A stretch of DNA of 64,000 nucleotides. Origin: an uncultured virus (IMG/VR IMGVR_UViG_3300000553_000028) (lineage: Duplodnaviria; Heunggongvirae; Uroviricota; Caudoviricetes). The notes beneath the pieces are model-generated. The model was not told the DNA's origin and did not search any database. It saw only the letters and a list, made by a program, of their open reading frames with translations. The stretch lies in IMG/VR virus record IMGVR_UViG_3300000553_000028; one strand, written 5' to 3'. Numbering within the stretch: position 1 is the first letter of the stretch; each line of letters begins with the position of its first letter. The position numbers and the translations under genes are program-made. This document shows positions 49,905 through 58,500 of this stretch, piece by piece.

Positions 49905-51193
49905 AATTAATTAATTTTTATATTGAAAATTGGGCAAATGATGGAATTAATGATGGTTACACTCCATTACCAAATGGTGTCTTTGATTTTAAATTTAACC
50001 AATCATTTGCCGCAAATAATTTTACAGGAGTTATAGATGAAATTAGAGATAGTGAATTACAAAGTAGTTTAAATGAAATATTTTTAAGAGCAAAATATGG
50101 TGAAAAAAGATATGCAGTTGCATTTGAACATAAAGATTTAAAAATAGTTTTAACCGATAAACCAGTATTAGAAGGTGCAATTGAGAATTATTATTTAGTT
50201 ACACCCAAAGTTCATATGGAAACATTAGAAGAATATTTACCATATTACGATACTATATTAGAAAAGGGAATTAAAATTTTATTTGTAAGTTTTCATGAAA
50301 GTGGTGTATATCCTAAATTTTATAAATGGATTAATAATAACAAATACCATAATCAAATTTATACTATAACACCTTGTTATAATATAAAAAAATTTACAAA
50401 AGGACATCACATATATTTTCCATTTTTAACATATGATTTAGATCATAACTTTAAACAAAACGATAGTTTATTTTCAGTATGTGATAGGGAAATGTATGAT
50501 AATACTGCAAAAAGAAAAATGATTCTATCTTTTAATCGAAATGTAAAAAGAGAACATAGATTTTATTTTTATAATTTTTGTAGAATGGAAAATTTAATAG
50601 ATGATAATTACATTTCATTTTTAGAATTTCCTGATGAGCATGTTGAGTTTTATAATACAATGCAAATTCCAATATTAAATGAATATAAAAAATTCTTTTT
50701 AGAAAATGCACCACATTATGAGGTATCGGTAGATGTTAGAACGGATGATCCTGGATATGTAGAAAACCTTTTACATAATTGGAACAATGATAGTTGGTTA
50801 TATGCAGAGAGTTTATTTTCAATTGTACTAGAAACAAAATACTTTGAAAGAGATATTATGATTTCAGAAAAAGTATTAAGACCTATTGCAAATTGTCATC
50901 CATTTGTAGTCATTGGTCCAAGATATACAACAAAGATTTTAGAAGATATGGGATTTTATATTCCACCTTTTATAGATTATAATGAGTTAGATAAAGAAGA
51001 TTTTCCTTGGTTACGATTGGTAAAAACATTTGAACAAATAAAAAAATTAGTAAAATATTGTGAAGAACACAATGAACTTCCTCCGTTTGATATGGATAAA
51101 ATAGAAGCAAATCAAAAATTACTTTTAGGGTTTGATAGAAGTGAAGTTTTATATGAATACTATTCAAAATTAATAAAAACAAAAATAATATAA
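49901..51193 (+). CDS. hypothetical protein, GT10-like C-terminal motif (paralog 2)
   Basis: LSFNR..HR, SIVLET..ISEKVLRPI..HPFVVIG. Confidence 0.55.
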   Translation: MKLINFYIENWANDGINDGYTPLPNGVFDFKFNQSFAANNFTGVIDEIRDSELQSSLNEIFLRAKYGEKRYAVAFEHKDLKIVLTDKPVLEGAIENYYLVTPKVHMETLEEYLPYYDTILEKGIKILFVSFHESGVYPKFYKWINNNKYHNQIYTITPCYNIKKFTKGHHIYFPFLTYDLDHNFKQNDSLFSVCDREMYDNTAKRKMILSFNRNVKREHRFYFYNFCRMENLIDDNYISFLEFPDEHVEFYNTMQIPILNEYKKFFLENAPHYEVSVDVRTDDPGYVENLLHNWNNDSWLYAESLFSIVLETKYFERDIMISEKVLRPIANCHPFVVIGPRYTTKILEDMGFYIPPFIDYNELDKEDFPWLRLVKTFEQIKKLVKYCEEHNELPPFDMDKIEANQKLLLGFDRSEVLYEYYSKLIKTKII

Positions 51194-52131
51194 TGAAAAA
51201 AGTTTTAATAACAGGTTGTAGTGGTTTAGTAGGAATACATTTAGTAAAAAAATGTTTAGTAGCGGGATATGAAGTAATTGGTGTAGATTTAAGACAATCT
51301 GAACATTTACCAACATCAGAAAGATTTACTTTTTATCAAATGGATTTAACTAAAACAGAAAACATAGAACAATTATTTTTCTATGAAACTCCTGATGTAG
51401 TATTTAATACATTTGGTGTTAAAGGTTCTCCATTAAGAGCAAAAGAAAAGCCAGTAGATTTCTTATATCCATCCTTTAAAATTAATACTGAAATTATTAA
51501 TCAATGTGCAAAGAATAATACTTGGTTAATATTTGTTAGTTCAGTTGGAGTATATGCACCGGCAGAAACATTTATAGAAGATAGTGTATGGAAAACATTA
51601 CCATCAGAAGCAGATTGGTTTCCAAGTTGGAGTAAGAGAATGGGTGAAGTATTGTTAGAAGCATATAAAGTTCAGTTCAATTACACTAATTGGGCAATTA
51701 TAAGACCGGCAAATATATTTGGTGAATACGATAACTTTGATGGAACTGGAACCGTTATTGCAACTCAATGTAAAAAAGTATTTGAAGCAGATAGTGAAAT
51801 AGAAGCATGGGGTGATGGTACACCTATTAGAGATTTTGTATATGCGGGTGATGTTGCAAATGCAATTTTATCGTTATATGAAAGACAAATTCATACAACT
51901 ATTAATTTTGGAGCTGGTGAAGAAATTACAATCAAATCAATGATTGAACAATTAATAAAAATTAGTGGAAAAGATATATATATTAAATGGGATACAACCA
52001 AACCAAATGGTGACCTTCGTAGACAAATGGACACTACTAAACAAAAAGAAATTGGATTGTTACCAATATTAGGTTTTAATGAAGCTCTAAAATTAACATA
52101 TGAAAGTTATATCTCAAAAAGAATTGGATAA
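51193..52131 (+). CDS. NAD(P)-dependent epimerase/reductase, GDP-L-fucose synthase-like
   Basis: ITGCSGLVG, IRPANIFGEYDNF, WGDGTPIRDFVY, WDTTKPNG. Confidence 0.85.
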   Translation: MKKVLITGCSGLVGIHLVKKCLVAGYEVIGVDLRQSEHLPTSERFTFYQMDLTKTENIEQLFFYETPDVVFNTFGVKGSPLRAKEKPVDFLYPSFKINTEIINQCAKNNTWLIFVSSVGVYAPAETFIEDSVWKTLPSEADWFPSWSKRMGEVLLEAYKVQFNYTNWAIIRPANIFGEYDNFDGTGTVIATQCKKVFEADSEIEAWGDGTPIRDFVYAGDVANAILSLYERQIHTTINFGAGEEITIKSMIEQLIKISGKDIYIKWDTTKPNGDLRRQMDTTKQKEIGLLPILGFNEALKLTYESYISKRIG

Positions 52132-52501
52132 AGAATTTGAGTATTTAGAAAAACAAAAAGCAATACTCAAAGAAGAAAGAGAAAAAATAATGTTGGAAAG
52201 AAGTAAATTGTATTATCAATGGAAAGAAATACAAGAAACAGATGAATCTATTCAAAAAGACCAAGAAAGAGTTAATAAATTAAGAGGTGATTTACAATTT
52301 GAATTAAAAAAAGTAAATGAAGAATATACTATTAAGATAGATGCTGAAATCGCAGAAATACGAAAAGAAAAAAACAATGAATTAGAACTAGAACTGCAAC
52401 AAGATAGATTACGATTAGATAAAATTAGAAGAGATTTACATGAGTTAATTGCAATAGAAGAAGCAACAGTAATAACATTTAAACAAAAAAATATAATATA
52501 A
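52100..52501 (+). CDS. coiled-coil hypothetical protein
   Basis: E/K-rich heptad pattern throughout. Confidence 0.6.
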   Translation: MKVISQKELDKEFEYLEKQKAILKEEREKIMLERSKLYYQWKEIQETDESIQKDQERVNKLRGDLQFELKKVNEEYTIKIDAEIAEIRKEKNNELELELQQDRLRLDKIRRDLHELIAIEEATVITFKQKNII

Positions 52502-53238
52502 TGTTAGATATACAAAAAAATGAATATTCTACTGGAACAATATGGGATATGGTAGATGAAATAAATTCCGATTTTCTTAAATCTTTATACGATAGTGTTT
52601 TAGTTAAATTCAAAGATAACACAGATTGTGTAACTTATTTGTATTCATCATACAATGATCATCCAGATTATAAACAATCTGCATATTATACAAAAGATGA
52701 ATTTATTAATATAAAACAATATGTAGAAGAAAAAAATGATGAAAGATATGAACCACATCAGCAAAATAAAATGTGTCATACTCATTTATCTGAATTTGAA
52801 GAAAAGATTGGTTTAGATAAAAATTATTTTAACAATGTAGTATATAAAGTATTAGATGATTTAGCAGTTAAAATATTAAAAAAAGAATATAATATAGAAG
52901 TTAACACAGAAGATTTTATACATAAAGCACAATTAACTTGGTATAGTGATGGTGATTTTATTAAAATGCATGATGATGGACCGACTGATACTAGAATATG
53001 TGCTTTGTTAATTTATTTAACTCCGGAAGAATATTATAAAGCAGGTAGTGGTGGTGAATTGGTATTGAAAAATAGAAAAAATACAATTGATATAGCTTAT
53101 CCAATATTAGGAAACTATGCAGTTATTGATTTTACAAGAAACTCACCGGTACATTCAGTACATAAAGTGAGTGGAAATTTCAATAGATTTGCATATTTAA
53201 ATTTTATAGAATTAAAAGATAAAAATGCAAGGCCTTAA
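52501..53238 (+). CDS. 2OG-Fe(II) oxygenase
   Basis: HDD, RICALLIYL, GGEL, HSV, RFA. Confidence 0.85.
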   Translation: MLDIQKNEYSTGTIWDMVDEINSDFLKSLYDSVLVKFKDNTDCVTYLYSSYNDHPDYKQSAYYTKDEFINIKQYVEEKNDERYEPHQQNKMCHTHLSEFEEKIGLDKNYFNNVVYKVLDDLAVKILKKEYNIEVNTEDFIHKAQLTWYSDGDFIKMHDDGPTDTRICALLIYLTPEEYYKAGSGGELVLKNRKNTIDIAYPILGNYAVIDFTRNSPVHSVHKVSGNFNRFAYLNFIELKDKNARP

Positions 53239-53875
53239 TAAATCATATTATTGTGGAAATGGGAATGAATTTTTTGGAAATGAATATTCTAAAAGATTAG
53301 AAGAAGCATATAATGGAATATTAAATTATAAAGATTTTGATTATCAAATTATATATTCTTTAAATGCAGTACACAATGTAAGTATTGTACCATCAAAACC
53401 ATTTAATGAACAAATTTTTTATAAAAATGAATTTATTTCAAAGAAAGAAAATTTAGCACAAGTTTGGTTTGAAAAGAATAATCTAATAACTGAATTTCAT
53501 TCTATATCTGATTATTGTTATTTAAAATTATTAGAATTATATCCTGAACAAAGTAAAAGATTTGGTGGTCCATCTTTTTCTTTAACAATATATGATAAAG
53601 GTTGTTTTATAGAAAATCATAAAGATGGTGATGATGATGATAAAAGTAGATTATGTGTAGTTTTATTGTATTTAAATAAAGATTGGAAACCGGGAATGGG
53701 TGGAGAACTAATAATTACAGATGAACATGGAAATAAATTGGAAATTACGCCAGAATTTGGTAACTTTGCAATACTAGATTTTCAAAATTATAATTTATAC
53801 CATGAAGTTAAACCAATTACGGATGATAACTTTCATAGAAAAACATTAATAAGTTTTATACATTTAGCAAAATAA
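53225..53875 (+). CDS. 2OG-Fe(II) oxygenase
   Basis: HKD, RLCVVLLYLNKDW, GGEL, HEV, RK. Confidence 0.85.
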   Translation: MQGLNKSYYCGNGNEFFGNEYSKRLEEAYNGILNYKDFDYQIIYSLNAVHNVSIVPSKPFNEQIFYKNEFISKKENLAQVWFEKNNLITEFHSISDYCYLKLLELYPEQSKRFGGPSFSLTIYDKGCFIENHKDGDDDDKSRLCVVLLYLNKDWKPGMGGELIITDEHGNKLEITPEFGNFAILDFQNYNLYHEVKPITDDNFHRKTLISFIHLAK

Positions 53876-53880
53876 AAAAT

Positions 53881-54858
53881 ATGATAAATAAAGATTCAAA
53901 AATCCTGATAACAGGTGGTTCTGGATTAGTCGGACAGAACTTAACAAACCGATTACACAAAGAAGGTTACACAAACATTAGAGTTAATTTACACAAAAGA
54001 GGTGTAAGAAATCCAATTGAAGGAGTGGAGTATGTTCACTTTGATTTGAAAACATACGAAGGATGTTTAGATGCAACTAAAGGAGTAGAAGTAGTTTACC
54101 ATTGTGCAGCAAGTACATCAAACGCAGTAGACACAGTAGTTGACCCATTAGCACATGTTACACCAAACGTAGCAATGAACAATTTCTTAATTGATGCCAG
54201 TTGGAGAAATAAGGTTCAACATTACATCTTCTTATCATCTAATACTGTTTATCCACCAAAAGGAGATAAGCCGGTAGTAGAGACAGATTTCCTATTTGAT
54301 GAACCATATCCGGTATACTTTCCAGTAGGTTGGATGAAAAGATATGCAGAAGTTCAATGTGAATTATACGCAAAGTATTTACCAACAAAAATGAAGTGCA
54401 CGGTGATTAGACCTGCAAATTTATTTGGACCACATGATAAGTACGATTTCAATAAATGTCATGTTACTCCTGCAACAATTAGAAAAGTAGCAGACCAAAT
54501 GAACCCTATTCCAGTGTGGGGTGATGGTAGTGAATTACGAGATTTATTATATATTGAAGATTTTGTAGAAGCATTACAAATAGTAATGGAAAAAGAAAAA
54601 GAAGATTATCAAGTTTATAATATTGGTTCTAACAGAGTTTATTCAGTATTAGAAGTATTAGAAGCAATGAAAAGAATTGCAAACTATAATGCACCTACTG
54701 AATTTATTAAAGGTAAACCATCGATGATTCCAACTCGTAAAATTGATTCATTTAAAATTTATGATAAATTAGGATGGCAAGCAACTACATCATTAGAAGA
54801 TGGATTAAAAAATGCATATGAATGGTATTTAGAACATAAAGATGAATTCCAAAATTAA
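53881..54858 (+). CDS. NAD(P)-dependent epimerase/reductase, GDP-L-fucose synthase-like
   Basis: ITGGSGLVG, IRPANLFGPHD, HVTPA, VWGDGSELRDLLY. Confidence 0.85.
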   Translation: MINKDSKILITGGSGLVGQNLTNRLHKEGYTNIRVNLHKRGVRNPIEGVEYVHFDLKTYEGCLDATKGVEVVYHCAASTSNAVDTVVDPLAHVTPNVAMNNFLIDASWRNKVQHYIFLSSNTVYPPKGDKPVVETDFLFDEPYPVYFPVGWMKRYAEVQCELYAKYLPTKMKCTVIRPANLFGPHDKYDFNKCHVTPATIRKVADQMNPIPVWGDGSELRDLLYIEDFVEALQIVMEKEKEDYQVYNIGSNRVYSVLEVLEAMKRIANYNAPTEFIKGKPSMIPTRKIDSFKIYDKLGWQATTSLEDGLKNAYEWYLEHKDEFQN

Positions 54859-55724
54859 TGAAAGGTATTTTATTTCCAGGCGACTCATATACATGGGGTG
54901 AAGGTCTTCATTTATATTCGGAGTTACCAGATACAAAATTTGATGAAATGGCGTTTGATGGAACAAATTATACTCCTTCTCATATTAAATTTATAGAAGC
55001 AAATAGATTTGCAAGAAAAGTTGCAAATCACTTCAATACGTTTGAATTAGTTAGATTTAGTAATGGTGGTAACAATAATGATATTTTTGAATTTATTGAT
55101 CAGTTACCAAAACAATATTTAAAAAACCATATGCCAGCTACTGGACGTATACAAGTTCCTAGATCGGTAGAATATAGATTAGAAGATTTTGATTATATTG
55201 TTTTACAATTAACTGATATGTTTAGAAATGAAATTAAGTTTGAATATAAAGACATTATCGGATATTGTAACATTAGGTCAGATGAAAGTATAAAAAGGTC
55301 TGGTTTTATTTTCTATTTAAAAGATAATTTTAATGGTAATATAAATTATTTCATTGAATATTATTTAAAAACTACAATTTATAATATAATAGAAAAATTT
55401 AAATTATACGAATCAAAAGGAATTAAAAGATGTTTTATTCATACATGGCATAATGACCCAATTCCGTTCTTTAACAATAATGAATTCTTAAAAGAAAGGT
55501 GGATTACATATGATGATGGAAATAATATATTTAATTCAATTATGGATTTACAAAGTTCAGAAAAAAGAAGGTCTGGTATGAGTATAAATGATGATTATTT
55601 TTTTATACAAAAAGGAATAATTGTTAATAATGGGCATACATCATTAGAAGCACATAATATACAAGCAAAAGCAATAATTAAAAAAATAGAAGAATATGAG
55701 CAGTCCACAATACACTCCGTATAA
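54858..55724 (+). CDS. SGNH-like hypothetical protein
   Basis: GDSYTWGEG, NGGNN, NGHTSLEAH. Confidence 0.6.
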   Translation: MKGILFPGDSYTWGEGLHLYSELPDTKFDEMAFDGTNYTPSHIKFIEANRFARKVANHFNTFELVRFSNGGNNNDIFEFIDQLPKQYLKNHMPATGRIQVPRSVEYRLEDFDYIVLQLTDMFRNEIKFEYKDIIGYCNIRSDESIKRSGFIFYLKDNFNGNINYFIEYYLKTTIYNIIEKFKLYESKGIKRCFIHTWHNDPIPFFNNNEFLKERWITYDDGNNIFNSIMDLQSSEKRRSGMSINDDYFFIQKGIIVNNGHTSLEAHNIQAKAIIKKIEEYEQSTIHSV

Positions 55725-56241
55725 AGATGCATTAACAACGGCAATGACTAATTTAGCAGAGTTAGAAGATTCTGTTTTTATTGGACAACAAATTGTATAT
55801 CAAGGAAATCCTATGAGCACAACATTGGGTGGTGTATCAAAGGATAAAATGATTGAAGTTCCTGTAATGGAAGAATCACAAATGGGAATGAGTTTAGGTA
55901 TGGCAATGGCAGGTAAAAGAGTTATTACATTTTATCCAAGATGGGATTTTATTATATGTGCAACAAATCAATTAGTAAATCACGTAGATAAGATTGGATT
56001 AATGAGTGGTGGCAAATGGAAACCAAACTTAATTATCAGATTGGGTAAGGGTAGTGATAAACCATTAGATCCAGGTCATCAACACAAAGGAAATTACTTT
56101 GATGAATTTAAAAGTATGTGTCCTAATATAGAATTTCACGATTTAAAAAGACCTGAAGATATTGAATTAGCTTACAAATATGTAACTAAAGAAGGTGGTA
56201 TTCATATTATGGTAGAATATCCGGAGTTATATTATGTATAG
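55696..56241 (+). CDS. ThDP-dependent enzyme, E1-beta-like pyrimidine-binding domain only
   Basis: YKDAL, FIGQ, EVPVMEESQMGMSLGMAMAG, NQLVNH, GHQH; no C-terminal domain. Confidence 0.85.
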   Translation: MSSPQYTPYKDALTTAMTNLAELEDSVFIGQQIVYQGNPMSTTLGGVSKDKMIEVPVMEESQMGMSLGMAMAGKRVITFYPRWDFIICATNQLVNHVDKIGLMSGGKWKPNLIIRLGKGSDKPLDPGHQHKGNYFDEFKSMCPNIEFHDLKRPEDIELAYKYVTKEGGIHIMVEYPELYYV

Positions 56242-57142
56242 TGGAAAAGGAATTATATTTGTAGGATGTTCTTTTACTTGGGGTGGTGGTTTAGAATATT
56301 ACCCACCATTTAAGGATATTCCAGATCCATATGCATTTCAATATGATGAACAAAAAATTACATTTGCAATAATGAATTTTATTAAAGCAAATAGATTTAG
56401 TAGATTGGTTGCAAACCATTTTGGAATGTGGGAAGCAAATAGATTAAATTGTGGTGGTTCTGATGATGGTTCAATTGACCAAATAAAAATGATGTTAGAA
56501 TTAGGTAATCATAGTCAAAACATTTCCAAGCAATTTGAAAATATTAAAATGCAAAGATATTCAGCAGATGAAATTGAATATGTTGTATTCCAATTAACAG
56601 ATCCATTTAGAAATTATCATATTAATATAAATGGTGAAAATTTAGTAATTAATATTGCACAAATAAGACAAAGAAATACTAATGAATTTAATAAAAATGA
56701 TATTAATAAATTTAAAGATACATTAGATGATACCACATTTAATAAATTTTTTAAATTTTATATTGATAATTTTAATAGTTGGGAAGAAATGGAAGATTAT
56801 TTTATATTACAAAATTTAAAAAATGTAATTGAATTATTTAAAGAGGTAGAATCACTTGGTATAAAATGTAAATTGTGGAGTTGGCACAATGAATACGTTC
56901 CATTTATAAAAGAAAATGAATATTTATCGAATAAATTCATTAAACTAAAATATAATGATACTGAATTTGATTCTTTATATAATTTAATGCATACATACCC
57001 AAAATTTAAAATAAGTACATCTGATTTTCGTTTAAACGGAAAAAAAGTTCCAGATGATCATCAAACACCTGAGTGTCACAAAGTAATAGCAGATAGTATA
57101 ATTAATTCAATAGAAAATGATGCAATTAAATCTACTTTATAA
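56234..57142 (+). CDS. SGNH-like hypothetical protein, paralog of 54858
   Basis: GCSFTWGGG, FIKANRFSRLVANHF (vs FIEANRFARKVANHF), DDHQTPECH. Confidence 0.6.
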   Translation: MYSGKGIIFVGCSFTWGGGLEYYPPFKDIPDPYAFQYDEQKITFAIMNFIKANRFSRLVANHFGMWEANRLNCGGSDDGSIDQIKMMLELGNHSQNISKQFENIKMQRYSADEIEYVVFQLTDPFRNYHININGENLVINIAQIRQRNTNEFNKNDINKFKDTLDDTTFNKFFKFYIDNFNSWEEMEDYFILQNLKNVIELFKEVESLGIKCKLWSWHNEYVPFIKENEYLSNKFIKLKYNDTEFDSLYNLMHTYPKFKISTSDFRLNGKKVPDDHQTPECHKVIADSIINSIENDAIKSTL

Positions 57143-58364
57143 TAATTGGGTAAATAATACACCGGTTCCTAATTGTAATTTATGGAAAACAAATGCTGGT
57201 ATTAAAAGCTTTACTTTACCAACTATTTCAGATGTAAGTTCAAATGACTGGGTATATCCAATTGAACCATGGGGACATTTAATGTATTCATTAAATATTG
57301 AAGCAATCGATGATTATGCAAATTTCTTTGAAAGTATACCAGTTGATGTAATACAACAAATAAATAATGATAATGGTAAATTATTGATAAATTATTCACA
57401 TGAAGGTTGGGTAAGTGATTGGTCATTAAAAGGATTTTATTTAGGTGCAAAAAACGCAGGAATAAAATTTAAAAATGTTATATTAGTTTTGAACGATTAT
57501 AATTTAGAACAAAAATTAATTAAATTTAAAGAAAAATATAATATTGAAGAATATCCTAAAGTTATAAATTATTCATTTTATCTAACAGCATCTTCAAATA
57601 ATTTTTATCAAACATATCGTAATTATGATTTATATACGAAACATGTAAATTTAAGTAAACCTTACAAATTTGTATGTTTAAATAGAAGATTAGATTTACA
57701 TAGAGTAATATTGTTAAGTGAAATATTTGATGACATAAAAACTGAATCATTAATATCTTTTGATAAATCTTTAATTACAAATGAAGTTGAAAAATTATTT
57801 GAAATTAGACCAGATATAAAAACTAAATTTGAAAATCTTCCTGATAAAGTAATAGCAGATATAGTTGATATCGAAAATGTAAATGGATATAAACATGATA
57901 ATGAAAAATTATTTTTAGATTCATATATCAGTATAGTTACAGAAACATCATTTTATATTGATAATGACTTTATTAGTGAAAAAATATGGAAACCATTATA
58001 TAAATTTCATCCATTTATTGTAGTTGGTAGACCACATTTACTAAAATACTTAAAAGATATTGGATTTAAAACATTTGATTTTTTAATAGATGAAACGTAT
58101 GATACGATTGAAGATAATGATTTAAGAATGGAAGCTATTATAAAGGAAATTAAAAAAATAAATGAAATTTCTATATATGAATTAGAAACTATTATTAAAC
58201 AAAATTATAATATACTAAAACATAATCATGATTTATTAAATGAATTTGGCAAACAAACAACCGCTACTGAAGAATATTTTATTAAAAATATAAAAAACGA
58301 TAATTATAGTTATACTGATATATACAAAGAATTAAAGTTACAAATTCCAAACAAAATAATTTAA
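57117..58364 (+). CDS. hypothetical protein, GT10-like C-terminal motif (paralog 3)
   Basis: FVCLNRR..HR, SIVTETSF..ISEKIWKPL..HPFIVVG..GFKTF..IDETYD. Confidence 0.55.
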   Translation: MMQLNLLYNNWVNNTPVPNCNLWKTNAGIKSFTLPTISDVSSNDWVYPIEPWGHLMYSLNIEAIDDYANFFESIPVDVIQQINNDNGKLLINYSHEGWVSDWSLKGFYLGAKNAGIKFKNVILVLNDYNLEQKLIKFKEKYNIEEYPKVINYSFYLTASSNNFYQTYRNYDLYTKHVNLSKPYKFVCLNRRLDLHRVILLSEIFDDIKTESLISFDKSLITNEVEKLFEIRPDIKTKFENLPDKVIADIVDIENVNGYKHDNEKLFLDSYISIVTETSFYIDNDFISEKIWKPLYKFHPFIVVGRPHLLKYLKDIGFKTFDFLIDETYDTIEDNDLRMEAIIKEIKKINEISIYELETIIKQNYNILKHNHDLLNEFGKQTTATEEYFIKNIKNDNYSYTDIYKELKLQIPNKII

Positions 58365-58365
58365 T

Positions 58366-58485
58366 ATGAAAAAATTATTCAATAGATTAAAACAATTGTA
58401 TAAGAACTACAAATTAAAAAAAGAGTTCAAAAAGAAAATAAAAGAGTTAAGAAAAAGAGATCCATTTATCTATAAGAATGTTTAG
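58366..58485 (+). CDS. small basic peptide (39 aa), absent from the ORF track
   Basis: ATG 58366 to TAG 58485: MKKLFNRLKQLYKNYKLKKEFKKKIKELRKRDPFIYKNV; fills the gap exactly. Confidence 0.7.
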   Translation: MKKLFNRLKQLYKNYKLKKEFKKKIKELRKRDPFIYKNV

Positions 58486-58489
58486 TATA

Positions 58490-58497
58490 TATTTATA
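58490..58497 (+). promoter_or_regulatory. putative phage late promoter TATTTATA
   Basis: Octamer 3 nt before the ATG at 58501. Confidence 0.6.
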
Positions 58498-58500
58498 CTT

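Noticed and set aside
47779..56241. Pyruvate dehydrogenase auxiliary metabolic genes
   Set aside because: Both subunits are truncated, no E2/E3 is present in the window, and the context is NDP-sugar metabolism.
35432..58364. Bacterial O-antigen/capsule locus, implying a cellular or chimeric contig
   Set aside because: No flippase, polymerase or initiating transferase is present. The cluster is gene-coupled to phage structural genes and shares the same promoter motifs and packing style.
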